From: Octopus vulgaris
Lineage: Eukaryota
Assembly (NCBI GenBank): GCA_951406725.2
Contig: OX597824.1
Location: 10,974,001-11,038,000 of the forward strand
Length of the DNA stretch: 64,000 nucleotides
Direction: 5' to 3'
Below, piece after piece: positions 50,772 to 63,918 of the stretch. Position numbers and translations under genes: made by a program. The notes below the pieces were generated by a model. That model had not been told where the DNA came from. It worked only from the letters and a program-made list of their open reading frames with translations, and did no database searches. Every line of letters starts with the position of its first letter. Within the stretch, counting starts at the first letter, position 1.

Positions 50772-51683
50772 CCCTTTAGCATGCAGATGATTTCTTTGTC
50801 AAATGCAATGGTTATTCATTTATATTGATTTGAATTAGCCATACATTGCCTTTGTAGCTTTGAGATTTCAATTACATAATTGTTTATTTTTAGAATAATA
50901 TTGTAGAGTAGACAGGCCAGAGCTGGCCAGTCTGAAGATAAAAACAGGTAGAAAGGTAGATGAAGGCGGCGAGCTGGCTGAAACGTTAGCACGCCGGGCA
51001 AAATGCTTAGCAGCATTTTGTCTGCCGCTACGTTCTGAGTTCAAATTCCACCGAGGTCGACTTTGCCCTTCATCCTTTCGGGGTCGATAAATTAAGTACC
51101 AGTTACGCACTGGGGGTCGATGTAATCCACTTAATCCGTTTGTCTGTCCTTGCTTGTCCCCTCTATGTTTAGCCCCTTGTGGGCAATAAAGAATTAAGAA
51201 AGGTAGAATATTTTAATCAGATATGGTTGGTTTAACCCTTTGAAATTCAAACAGGCCATATCCAGCCAAAATATTCTTCAAGTTTTATGTCCAAACTAGC
51301 CAGATCTGGCCTCTTACACATTTCCTACAATGTCATTCTGAAAATAAACAACCCCATCGTAATCTTGAAACTATGAGATAATATATGATTAATTAAAATA
51401 ATGTGAATGAATAAGCATTACATTTGACAGAGTAATCTGAATGCTTAAGGGTTGTTGTTGTTAAGCAACAAGACGGTTAAGGGTGATTAGGTAATGGTTT
51501 AGGGCTTAGGGGCAGGAGACCCCAGACCTTGGAAAAAAAAACAAGCTTTTGTCGTCTTGTTGTAGTCGAGGGCTCTTCGTTGATGCCCGACACAACTGGG
51601 AGGTGGCCTTCGAAGTCGCTGGAACTGGAGATCTCCAGGTCCAAATTCTTTAACAGCTACTTAAGGGTTAAATTCTGAAGGGT
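50772..51683. mobile_element. Nested cluster: MITE E containing SINE B (50963-51197), a second MITE E (from 51236) and an (AAC)n-tailed insertion (51454-51659)
   Basis: TSDs gaaaggtaga, TTAA and cttaagggtt respectively. Confidence 0.75.
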
Positions 51684-52669
51684 TATGGCTATTTTTTCTG
51701 TTACAGCAGAGGTTACCTTTGTAGGCTCAATAACAGCCATCTCTATTTTGCCCAATCTGCTACATCCTCTCCCACCAAACCCCTTTGCTCTCAGTTTCTC
51801 TTCTGTCATCTTCAATCATGACTTTATCAATCTTCCTCTTTCTCTATTCCTTCTACAGTCATTCCCTCCACTCTTCTCACTCAGCTACTGTCATCCTTCT
51901 TCAGCATATGACTCACCCAGCCTATCCCTTCGCTATATATTCTTTCCACTTTTCAGTACATGCTTTATCACTTGTCATCATTGTCATTTTTCACTACTAC
52001 ACATTAGGAAGTATTTGTATGAGACCACTTTTCCATGCTTGCTTGACTCAGAGAGAATTTGTTGAGGCAGGTATTCTACGTATGACCAGACATGTTTACA
52101 CAGAAGACGTGGAAATGAACAACACCGCTTGTATGATGATGACATTTATAAGTGGTGACCTCGCTGGTGTTGATGCCACAAAAAAAGAAAAGCACCCAGT
52201 ACATGCTGTAATGTCGTTGGCATTAGGAAAAGTATCTGACCATAGAAATCATGCTAAGCAGACATCAGGAGAATGGTGCAGTCCTTGAGCCAATCACACA
52301 CTGTCAAATTGTCCAACCCATGTCCTTGATTGTCCTCTCTGTGTTTAGCCCCTTGTGGGTAGTAAAGAAATAGGTAATATTAAAGAAGGGAAAAGGGAAA
52401 TTAGGAAGGCTTCTGATAATGAGGAAAGTTTCACAAAACCTTTATACTTCAGGTACAAAAGCTCATCCTCGGAAGAAAAATAGTTTGGGAAATGTCTAGT
52501 TATACAGGTTCCATAAACCTATTCAAGTTCCTCATAACACTGAATAGGTTAACAGAAAGTGTGTAACTAGACATTTCTTAGACTGTTTTTCTTCTGCACC
52601 TGAAATATAAAAGTCTTGTGAAAATTTCCGCATTGTCAGAAGCTTTCCTACCTTGCCTCTTTGAGATAT

Positions 52670-52977
52670 CACCGTGACCATGACCGACCAGGCAACCAGA
52701 TGTTGCTACACATCGCTGGTCACAATGCGCTTCACATTGTTTTAGCCTTCAAATGACGCCACCCCGCTGGCTAAGCGAGCAGGCCAACAGAAGAAAGAGT
52801 GAGAGAAAGTTGTGGCAAAAGTGTACAGCAGGGATCGCCACCACCCCCTGCCATTGCTTCGAGGAGCTTTAAGTGTTTTCGCTTAATAAACACTTACAAC
52901 GCTCGGTCTGGGAATCGAAACCGTGATCCTACGACTGCGAGTCCTCTGCCCTTACCACTGGGCCATTGCGCCTCCAC
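52670..52977 (-). mobile_element. SINE family G
   Basis: 11-bp TSD ctttgagatat (52659-52669, 52978-52988). Confidence 0.88.
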
Positions 52978-53268
52978 CTTTGAGATATACACGCACACAA
53001 TTCTGTTTCCATCTACCAAATCCACTCACAATGCTTTGGTTAACCAGGGATTACCCAAGGTGCCATGAAGTGTGACTGAACCTTAAACCATATGGTTGGG
53101 AAGTGAATTCAACTAAAAACATAAAGCTTCACCTTCCACACACACACACACACAAATGTGCACACGCACACACAAAGAGTAATAGCAGTTACCATGGAAA
53201 TCAATGAACAGTGTAAAAAAATTAGAACTTAGAATAACACAAACAATCTAAATACAACAATCTACTCT

Positions 53269-53467
53269 TTTACTCTTTTACTCTCGTTTCAGTCATTTGA
53301 CTGCGGCCATGCTGGAGCACCGCCTTTAGTCTTAGAAATCGACCCCAGAACTTATTCTTTATAAGCCTAGTACTTATTCTATCGGTCTCTTTTGCCAAAC
53401 CGCTAAGTTACGGGGACGCAAACACACCAGCATCAGTTGTCAAGCAATGCTAAGGGGACAAACACAG

Positions 53468-53518
<51 letters not shown>

Positions 53519-53681
53519 TACGACGGGCTTCTCTCAGTTTCCGTCTACCAAATCCACTCACAAGGCCTTGGGTGGTCCGAGGCTATAGTAGAAGACACTT
53601 GCCCAAGGTGCCACACAGTGGGACTGAACCCGGAACCATGTGGTTGGTAAGAAAGCTCCTTACCACACAGCCACTCCTGCG
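53269..53681 (-). mobile_element. SINE family A, full length
   Basis: TSD tctactct (53261-53268, 53682-53689). Confidence 0.9.
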
Positions 53682-54046
53682 TCTACTCTAGTTTAATTTT
53701 TTTTAACTTTTCAGTAATTTTTTTCACTCAGACAATCAAGTAGCAGCCACCGCTCATAAAAATATGTACTTCTCAGAGCCACTAGTATAGTTTTACATAA
53801 CCAAGAATAAAAATAATTAAAAGGAAAGAAACTAGCCATGTGTTAGTGTAGCAAACTGTTGACATGAAAATCAGATCAATTCTGTGACACCACTAAATAG
53901 TTATTTACCTTATAACCTTTTCTTGTGTAACTATCAATAACCTTTGTTATTCTGCACTCATTAAACTATTATCTTTCGCTACTCCAGCAGTCTATCATCT
54001 TCTACAAGTATGTCTAATCTCCCTCTTCCAATACAATATACAAACC

Positions 54047-54279
54047 TATTTCTTTACTACCCATAAGGGGCTAAACACAGAGGGGACAAACAAGGACGGA
54101 CAAACGGATTAAGTCGATTATATCGACGCCAGTGCATAACTGGTTCTTATTTAATCGACCCCAAAAGGATGAAAGGCAAAGTCGACCTCGGCGGAATTTG
54201 AACTCAGAACGTAGCGGCAGACGAAATACCGCTAAGCATTTCGCCCGGCGTGCTAACGTTTCTGCCAGCTTGCTGCCTT
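54047..54279 (-). mobile_element. SINE family B, full length
   Basis: Consensus match. Confidence 0.9.
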
Positions 54280-54297
54280 CTTAGAAAAAGAAAGGCG

Positions 54298-54332
54298 TTC
54301 CCATGCCGGGAATCAAACCCAGGCCGCCTGGG
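54298..54332 (-). pseudogene. 3' half of tRNA-Glu(TTC)-like sequence
   Basis: Minus strand cccaggcggcctgggtttgattcccggcatgggaa matches the recalled metazoan tRNA-Glu(TTC) 3' half CCCAGGCGGCCCGGGTTCGACTCCCGGTATGGGAA; no 5' half and no CCA. Confidence 0.75.
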
Positions 54333-55063
54333 TACAAACCATTAAACACCTATAGACAAGGGAGCTAATGTAGACGCTTCTGTGCAGATGTTGGAACTTA
54401 GAAATAACAGCCAGATCTCCCTCAAATTACTCTATACTGTGACACACTATGGTATCTAAATACACCATGATTGTAAAAAGTTATGACCATGGTTTGAATA
54501 TTCTTGATCATAGGTCTCCTGGCGCAGAATGGACTTGAGCTAAATAACAATATTACCACACCTATGATCATATTTTTCTCTTCTTTTGAGCCAAAAGGTC
54601 AGAAGTTCAAAGTATGACTGTGACATTGAACTATCTCTAAATAAGATAAATATAATAATCCTTATTATCTCAATCTGGCTGACAACAGCAAGGAAAAAAA
54701 AAACAAAATAAATAGAGTACTATTTTCCATTTGATAATGAAAATCTCAATGACAAATGCTACCTGTAAATTTCTAGCCACAACTACTCATTCATACAAAT
54801 GTTTAAATTTACAAAACCATCCTACCCACAATAGTTATGATGATGATCATCATCATCGAATTAACCTCCACTTTTCCATGCTTGTATGGGTCGGACAGAA
54901 TTTGTCGAGGTGGATTTCTTATGAATGAATGTCCTTCCTGTCGCCAACTCTCACTGGTATCCAAGCAAGGTAATATTTCTCCATCGCCAGATATGTTTCG
55001 CAGAAAATTGGAACTGAACGACACTGCCTGAATGACAGTGGCACTTATTTACAACTATCGTGT

Positions 55064-55458
55064 AGGCACAGGAGTGGCTGTGTGGTAAGTAGCTTGCTAA
55101 CCAACCACATGGTTCCGGGTTCAGTCCCACTGCGTGGCATCTTGGGCAAGTGTCTTCTGCTATAGCCCCGGGCCGACCAATGCCTTGTGAGTGAATTTGG
55201 TAGACAGAAACTGAAAGAAGCCTGTCGTATATATGTATATATATATGTGTGTGTGTCTGTGTTTGTCCCCCTAGCATTGCTTGACAACTGATGCTGGTGA
55301 GTTTACGTCCCCGTCACTTAGCGGTTCAGCAAAAAGAGATCGAAAGAATAAGTACTGGGCTTACAAAGAATAAGTCACGGGGTCGATTTGCTCGACTAAA
55401 GGCGGTGCTCCAGCATGGCCGCAGTCAAATGACTGAAACATGTAAAAGAGTGAAGAGT
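55064..55458 (+). mobile_element. SINE family A, full length
   Basis: Consensus match. Confidence 0.9.
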
Positions 55459-55835
55459 AATGTCAAGACATGGAGAACGGTAACATACACAACATGTGTG
55501 TGTGTGTGTGTGTGTGTTTGTGTTTTTCAGTTTCTGTCTACCAAAGGTTTTGGTCAACTCTGGGCTATAGTAAAAGACACTTGCCCAAGGAGCCACACAG
55601 CAGGGCTAAACCCAGAAGTAAGTGGTTGGAAAGCAAACTTCTTACCACATGGCCACACCCGATGTAAATTAAATTTCCTTCTCATTCATTTTAATCAATC
55701 CCATCTGCTAACGATAAATCAATGTTACAAACCAGATTCAGATGAAAATAAGACTTATTAACCGATTCCACAGCAGTATGGAGTCCTGCAGTGCTAAGAT
55801 CAAATCCTACAACAAATGTTAAAATCTTTTACCTA

Positions 55836-56246
55836 TAGACGCAGGAGTGGCTGTGTGGTAAGTAGCTTGCCTACCAACCACATGGTTCCAGGTTCAGTCC
55901 CACTGCGTGGCATCTTGGGCAAGTGTCTTCTGCTATAGCCCCGGGCCGACCAATGCCTTGTGAGTGAATTTGGTAGACAGAAACTGAAAGAAGCCTGTCG
56001 TATATATGTATGTATATATGTATATATGTGTTTGTGTGTCTGTGTTTGTCCCCCTAGCATTGCTTGACAACCGATGCTAGTGTGTTTACGTCCCCGTCAC
56101 TTAGCGGTTCGGCAAAAAGAGACCGATAGAATAAGTACTGGGCATACAAAAGAATAAGTCCTGGGGTCGAGTTGCTCGATTAAAGGCGGTGCTCCAGCAT
56201 GGCCGCAGTCAAATGACTGAAATAAGTAAGAAGAGTAAAAAGAGTA
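55836..56246 (+). mobile_element. SINE family A, full length
   Basis: Consensus match. Confidence 0.9.
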
Positions 56247-57270
56247 TATAAAAGTCATTGGCAAACTGTGGCCCAAGGACCAAATGTAAGCTTGTAAGAC
56301 TTTCTGAATGTCAAGCCTAATGAAAAATTACATCAATTTTTTCTAATAGTACAGCCTGCTTGATGCTGATCCATGTCTCAAGTGACCCACTGATCTGTTT
56401 GCTCATTTGTATTCTAGCTCATTTGCTAGTAATAACAGTTAAGTTTCCCTCAAATAACTACATGAAAAATATAAATACAAGGTGATCACAAATGGAAAAA
56501 CTCTGAGGTCTGCTAGCTCAATGATAGCCTTGAACTAAACAGAAAACTTTATATCCTTCTCATGATAAACTGGGAAATCTCACTGAGCAAGAGTCTTCTA
56601 TTATAAGCCCTGGTTAACCAATGGTTTGTGAATATATTTGGTAGAGAGAAACTGTGTGGAAGCCTGTTATGTGTGTGTGTTCCCCTATCTCCACCATCCG
56701 GACTTACAAAATAAGTACTAGGTTACGTTTGTTCAACTAAATCCTTTCATGGCACACTCCAATGACTGAAGCAAGTAAAAAGATAAGATAAAAAGCAAGC
56801 TAATGCAGCAAATAGTATACAGGTTCCCTGGCCCCTCTTGGCCTCAGGACATCATTATTGATTTTCCTAATAAATATATAAATGTCACCATAACCTACCA
56901 AAAAAAAACTTCTGGGCCATATGGCCCATCTTGTGCATCAGTGATCTTGAAACTCTAGAGAGAAAGTAGTTAAACTTCCCATGCTGATATGGTATGGATG
57001 GGTAACTACAAACACGTAGATGGTATGGGATACATTATCATATGTTTTGTCTTAATACATAACTCATATAATGATGAAAACAGATAAAACAACGATATAA
57101 GTGTGGCAGGTTGAATTCTGAATATTAAGTAATTGTTATAAAATATAATATAGTGAGGGGGCTTCTATGTGGTCATTAAATACTGATAGAAATAGCAGCC
57201 AAATCTTCCTTGAATTAACACGCTATTGTCTTTAAAAAATGAAAACACTGGATATTGTTATCATACTTAA

Positions 57271-57491
57271 CCCTTTAGTGTTTAAACCGGCCACATCTGG
57301 CCCAATATATTCTATATGTTTTATATTCAAACTGGCGATATCCAGCCTCTCACACCTAACCTACAGTGACATTCTAAAAATAAACATTCACATCATTGAA
57401 ACCTCAAAGCTATAAGATAATGCATGATTAATTCAAAACAATTTGAGTGAAAAAGTATTACATTTAACAGAATAATCTGAACACTAAAGGG
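57271..57491. mobile_element. piggyBac-type MITE family E
   Basis: TTAA|CCCTTTAGTGTT...AACACTAAAGGG|TTAA perfect TIRs. Confidence 0.9.
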
Positions 57492-57928
57492 TTAAATAAG
57501 ATGATGTGGTTGCAATTGGACTCCGTCCGTCATGCGTTTGTTCAGTCAGGGCTGACCTGAAACTAATCAACAGCAGATGGAAGTTTCCAGCAATGCTCAC
57601 CTTCAAAAGCCTTATGTTTAGTGTAGTCACTATTAATACGGAGCATTATTTTTCAGCATCCTAAATACTTCTCAAAGATTTGGCTTTTTTTTTTTCTGTA
57701 AACTCATCTGTTATACTCTCAGATATCTATTATCAGTCTATTTTACATCCATCATGGATGAGATTGGTTCTCTCTAGCACAGCATCTTACCATTTATTGC
57801 AGTCCTTTGTCATCTTGTTTGTGAGGTTCAGCTTCTTGATATCAGCATGTACCCCTTATTTCCCCATCTCACTCACTCTTCCCCTTCTATAGATCCTCCC
57901 ATTTGGATTGTTTGGTAATTCTTTACCT

Positions 57929-58163
57929 ACCTATTTCTTTACTACCCACTAGGGGCCAAACACAGAGAGAACAAACAAGGACAGACAAACGGATTAAGTC
58001 GATTACATCGACCCCAGTGCATAACTGGTACTCAATTTATCGACCCCGAAAGGATGAAAGGCAAAGTCGACCTCGGCGGAATTTGAACTCAGAACGTAAC
58101 GGCAGACGAAATACCGCTGAGCATTTCGGCCGGTGTGCTAACAATTCTACCAGCTCGCCGCCT
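57929..58163 (-). mobile_element. SINE family B nested in a decayed minus-strand RTE fragment (about 57760-58420)
   Basis: B consensus; flank encodes a frameshifted AMLHG.ETWALN...MLHWMCN remnant. Confidence 0.85.
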
Positions 58164-58852
58164 TTCTTTGCCTACCTGTCCGCTTCCATTCCCACCACCA
58201 CGTCTGTACCTGCACACATTTTCGATTCCTTGTACACCCAGTTTTTCTCAGTTCATTTACACACCTTCACTCATGCACAACAACATTACACATCCAGTGA
58301 AGCATGGTCACTTCGGTTCTTTGCTGCAGCCTCCACACACCTCTCACATTCAACGCCCATGTTTCACTTACCATGCAACATTGCACTTATATGCAAGTGT
58401 CTTTTCTGCCTATCACACAGAGCTATTTAGAAACTTCAAAACCATAACATAACAAGCTAAATCAACAGGCAGTTTATCGATGACTGAAATTTCCTAAATA
58501 ATTCTTTGTTTATTCCCTGCTATTGTCTAATACACAGCTTCAGTTTATAACTACTATTTAGGGGACTGAATTCAATATTTGCTTTGTATACAAAGAATTC
58601 TAGATTTCCTGTTAGCTTATGTAACCATCAGATGAAATTTTCTGTATAGAAGTCGGAGGGGTGCAGAGAAAGTGAGCGAGTGCATGTTTGTTTTTATGTC
58701 AGGTAGCAAACCAGAACTTCGAAGTTACAGTCAATCCCCAATCTAGTGAAAATACACAAACACAGTGTATTGTATAGATTTGACATATATTGTGATAAAA
58801 TAAATACAAACTATAGATTGATGTCCTTTATGATATACAGAAAAGTGTGTGA

Positions 58853-58896
<44 letters not shown>

Positions 58897-58975
58897 ACAT
58901 TATTGGTGAATTGATTAATCTACTACAAGATTATTCATCTTTCTATTTCACATTATATATATATATAAATATGTA

Positions 58976-59061
58976 TATAACAATAAGGGTTTTGCAACAA
59001 GTTGCTTGACCACATACCGGTATGTGGTCAAGCAAATTGTTGCAAAACCTTTATTGTTATA
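58976..59061. repeat. 86-bp loopless palindrome
   Basis: 43-bp arms with 2 mismatches centred on ACCGGT. Confidence 0.95.
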
Positions 59062-60067
59062 ATAATATAAGTTTTTACTGAATATGGTCCTTTTCTATAC
59101 CGACATACTACTAGGTGAGATTTGTTGATTTTATTAAATTAATTATCTTTCACCTTATATCTGTAATGTATATATATATATATGTATATAGACAGATAGA
59201 TATATGTATATAGATAGATATATGTATATAGATAGATAGATATATGTATATATTCAGACACACATACACACATACATTTACATAATAGATACATCATACA
59301 CCATTTCCTGATAAATAATGGATGTGGGGTAGACATAGCAACAGCTTCACAGCAAAATTCATACATGCATTCTAACAAATCCAGTTTTGCAGGGTAAACA
59401 ACAACCATTTGCCCAAACAATAACCATAATAGGTGAACTTGAATGGATTTCTATCAAAAGTTCCCAGTTACAAAGCTTCCTTGTTGGCAGCAGCAAGATA
59501 GAAACTATGTAATTCTATTAGCTGTAGTTTCAATAGAGTTTATTATTCAATCCCATATCAGCCTTAATCGAACACACCAAGGACTGAAAGGTGTGTCAGT
59601 ATTAACGATTTTGTTGTACCAGAAAATATCTCTGTATTTTGCTTTACAAAGGCAGTAGGGTATGATCTAAGGAAAATTTGGTTACTTTTTCTGGTAAGTC
59701 AAGAAACAAAGAAAAGAATATTATGTTGGGTTTGTGGGGTATTTTTAGTGTAGATCCTGATAGGATCAATAATCAAAGTCATATCAGCCATAATGATCCT
59801 GCTTTTTGGGGGACACACTGCATCTAGGATTCCATCACCCAATGTGGCCTTCCTTTAAATAGAAGACTGCAATTGGAGGGAGATTAGACTTCTATTTCTA
59901 TCAGGCTGAGTGATGATGTGGAATTTCCTTTGTCAGGTCATTACAAGTTATATGTCCAAGTGGTACAGCCTTTGCTCTGGACAGTTAAAGGTATCGATCA
60001 ATATATGCAGATAATGTCAGCACTAATATGGACATGTATGGCTAGGATACACAGAGAATAACTTTAA

Positions 60068-60282
60068 CCCTTTTGTTACCAACCCGGCTGAAACTGGCTC
60101 TGAGTACAAATGTCTTGTTTTCATAAGTTTTGAATTGAAATCTTCCACCAAACCTTAGTCACAATTTATGTTCCTAACACTAGCTTAATGATAACTAAGT
60201 TATTTTACTAAATTCTTTGTTATATTTAAAGTAATTGAAAGAAACACAGACCATCTCAAAATAAATACAGTAACGAAAAGGG
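60068..60282. mobile_element. piggyBac-type MITE family D (reverse orientation)
   Basis: TTAA flanks 60064-60067 and 60283-60286. Confidence 0.9.
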
Positions 60283-61193
60283 TTAAGATCAGATCTTAGG
60301 ATGCTGGGCCTTTTCAAGGCTCAGTATCCAGAGATCTAGGCCTTTTTGTGTTGATATGTAGTATAGCAGAACTAAACACATGACAATATGGAGAAAGAAG
60401 TTGATGAAGATATAGTATTAGTATATTGTTATATCAAACAGTTGAGAAAATACCATCACTCTTGGATGCAAGGAAAATGGGGAAAAAAAAAGATATGGAA
60501 AGAGAGAAAGAGAAATACAAGATAAGAGGACAAGAGAGAAAAGAGAAAGAGAGGACAGAAATAAGGGAGTGGGAAGAGAGAATACTGAAAAAGAGCTAAA
60601 AAGAAAGAGTTTGCAAATGAGAAAAGTGCAGTGATTCTCTTGTGGAATGAGTTCAAACCTACTATTACTATTAATACCTGAACAATAACTTGTCTCGTAT
60701 AACAAGAAAAACTTCACTTTTTCCCTGAGAAAATCCCAGCTGTAGCGATCTGAATGAAAATGTTCTCACTCAGAATTAAACGAACGGTCATTGTACATGT
60801 TTGAAATAAACAAGTTTCCAAGGACAGAACACCACCTCTTCAACCTAGCTAAAACTGTATTGAGAAGATTGAAACTGCCTCTTGCCTGTTGACAATCAAA
60901 AACCTGCCAGAAACCCTACGGTTACTAACACTGTACTGAACTAATGCAAACTGGCCCCTCTTCTCAGATGTCTCAAACAGTGCCCCCACCACCACTTTAT
61001 CTCAGATGTTGGGAATTACGTATTTGTATTTAGCACTAAAATATTGGACGGCATGTAACACAGGCTGTGATTCACCTGTCAAGTTGACTCATCTGTTTTT
61101 ACTCTGACAGCTCCACCCTTTTCACTGACCTCCTTAACTCCATTTTCCTGCCAAATAGTGACACTTATTACTTTTGCAAAAAGCCCTTCAATC

Positions 61194-61571
61194 AAGAAGC
61201 AGGGCCCTTCACTCAAGAGGCAGGGCCCTTCGTCCAAGAGGCAGGGCCCTTCTCTCAAGAGGCAGGGCCCTTCTCTCAAGAGGCAGGGCCCTTCTCTCAA
61301 GAGGCAGGGCCCTTCTCTTAAGAGGCAGGGCCCTTTGTCCAAGAGGCAGGGCCCTTTGTCCAAGAGGCAGAGCCCTTCGTCCAAGAGGCAGAGCCCTTCG
61401 TCCAAGAGGCAGAGCCCTTCGTCCAAGAGGCAGAGCCCTTCGTCCAAGAGGCAGAGCCCTTCGTCCAAGAGGCAGAGCCCTTCGTCCAAGAGGCAGAGCC
61501 CTTCGTCCAAGAGGCAGAACCCTTCGTCCAAGAGAAAGGGCTCTTCATCCAAGAAGCAGGGCCCTTCATCA
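61194..61571. repeat. 21-bp GC-rich minisatellite (aagaggcagRgcccttcgtcc) x18
   Basis: 18 units counted; variants arranged in blocks; no stop codons, so several frames are open. Confidence 0.95.
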
Positions 61572-61664
61572 CAATATAGCCAATGGTCTGTACTAAAGGA
61601 TAAATAGTAAGGTTGGAAGGGTTGAACTCAGAATCATGGAACACTTAAACCCAGTGCTCTAAAG

Positions 61665-61851
61665 CAGTGCTTTGCAACCGGTATGCCGCAGCACACTAGT
61701 GTGCCGTGAGATGATGCAGGGTGTGCCACAGTGTAACCTGAATGCAATTTTTTCCCCTATACTTTTAGTTATATTTTTAGTTCAGGTGTGCTGCAGAATT
61801 TTGAAAAGAATATAAGCGTACCACAAGTGAAAAAAAGGTTGTGGAGCATTG
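61665..61851. mobile_element. hAT (Charlie-like) MITE
   Basis: CAGTGCTTTGCAACC / GGTTGTGGAGCATTG; TSD ctctaaag/ctctcaag. Confidence 0.78.
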
Positions 61852-62617
61852 CTCTCAAGCCTCCTGAAGTTCAGTTTCAGGATCTCATTATCACCTTTAC
61901 CTATTTCATGTAGAGGTATTACGCCTCACATCTATGCAAAGACAACCTAGCCATTGATGAAGAATATCTATTTCTTTACTACCCACAAGGGGATAAACAC
62001 AGAAGGGATGAACAAAGACACACAAACGGATTAAGTCGATTATATCGACCCCAGTGCGTAACTGGTACTTAATTTATCGACCCTGAAAGGATGAAAGGCA
62101 AAGTCGACCTCGGCGGAATTTGAACTCAAGCTTGTACATACTAACAACTGAACCTAGACTGAATATTCAATATTTTAGAAACTTCCACCCAAACCAATCG
62201 CCAACCGTTACTACAGTTCCACATAAAATAAAAAAAATAAACACTAACTATATTGACCTCACTCATTCAACAAACCTTTTATGTTACCAACCCAGTGATT
62301 TGTTAAGTGCAACATTTCCTTCAACATTAATAAAATAAATTATTAAATCTTATCAATGAAAATAAAAGAAAATAAAAGAACAATTAAAATAAAAAAGTTT
62401 TTTTATCATTTTTTTTTTTAGATTAATTACAATCGCATAAGAAGTACCAATGGCATAAAGAAGGAGAACAGTGCTCGGTGCCTTTTTGAAAGCACTCAAG
62501 AAGTCAAACTGGAAATCTGGCCTAGATGCTTACAATAAAATAGATTCTATTAAAAGGTACCCAAAGGCCAGGCAGTGGTGTTAAGTCAACCACTCAAGTG
62601 TCTCAGGGTCTTTGTAC

Positions 62618-62980
62618 TAGTGGTTGTGTGGTAAGTAGCTTGCTTACCAACCACATGGTTCCAAGTTCAGTCCCACTGCGTGGCACCTTGCGCAAGTGTC
62701 TTCAATTATATCTTCAGGCTGACCAAAGCCTTGTGAGTGGATTTGGTAGACGGAAACTGAAAGAAGTCCGTCGTATGTGTGTGTATGTTTGTGTGTCTGT
62801 GTCCCCCAACCACCATCGCTTGACAACCAATGTTGGTGTGTTTGCATCCTCGTAACTTAGCAGTTCGTCAAAACAGACCGATAGATAAAGTACTAGGCTT
62901 ACAAAGAATAAGTCCTAGGGTCAATATGTTCGACTAAAGGTGGTGCTCCAGCATGGCCGCAGTCAAATGACTGAAATGAA
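62618..62980 (+). mobile_element. SINE family A
   Basis: Consensus match. Confidence 0.88.
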
Positions 62981-63285
62981 GAATATATACACAGAAGCTT
63001 TTTCCAGTTTCCATCTACCAAATCCACTCACAAGGCTTTGGTTGGCCCAAGGTTATTTGCCTAAGGTGGGACTGAACCCCAAACAGTGTGGTTGGGAAGC
63101 AACTTCACAGGCACACCTACATCTAAATTACTTTATGTTTAAAATAAATCACATTCATCCAACTACTTCATTAAGAATCATACGTGATTTATAAGCAGTC
63201 AACCAACCATGTATAATTAAGATACAGTTCTAATTACAACTATATATATATATATATATATATATCATCATCGTTTAACGTCCGT

Positions 63286-63341
<56 letters not shown>

Positions 63342-63497
63342 AATTACATATATATATATATATATATAATTACAGCTATATATATATATTGCTTTCTTAT
63401 CATCTGATGTTTCAACTATTTCTGTGTAGAATATTTTAACATAATCTTTAAGTATACAGCCTTTGATACATAGCTTTCACTATGACAACACAGATAC

Positions 63498-63918
63498 TCT
63501 CTCTCTTTACTCCTTTACTTGTTTCAGTCATTTGACTGAGGCCATGATGGAGCACCGCCTTTAGTCGAGCGAATCAACCCCAGGACTTATTGGATTAAGT
63601 CAACCACTCAACTGTCTCAGGGTCTTTGTACTAGTGGCTGTGTGGTAAGTAGCTTACCACACTAAGTTACGGGGCATAAACACACCAGCATCGGTTGTCA
63701 AGCGATGTTGGATGGGGGGGGGGGGACAAACACACACAAACACATATATATACATATATACGACGAGCTTCTTTCAGTTTCCGTCTACCAAATCCACACA
63801 CAAGGCTCTAGTCGGCCCGAGGCCATAGTGGAAGAGACTTGCCCAAGGTGCCACGCAGTGGGACTGAACCCGGAACTATGTGGTTGGTAAGCAAGCTACT
63901 TACCACACAGCCACGCCT
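63498..63918 (-). mobile_element. SINE family A with a templated internal insertion (63595-63655)
   Basis: Consensus match apart from a 61-bp replacement. Confidence 0.85.
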
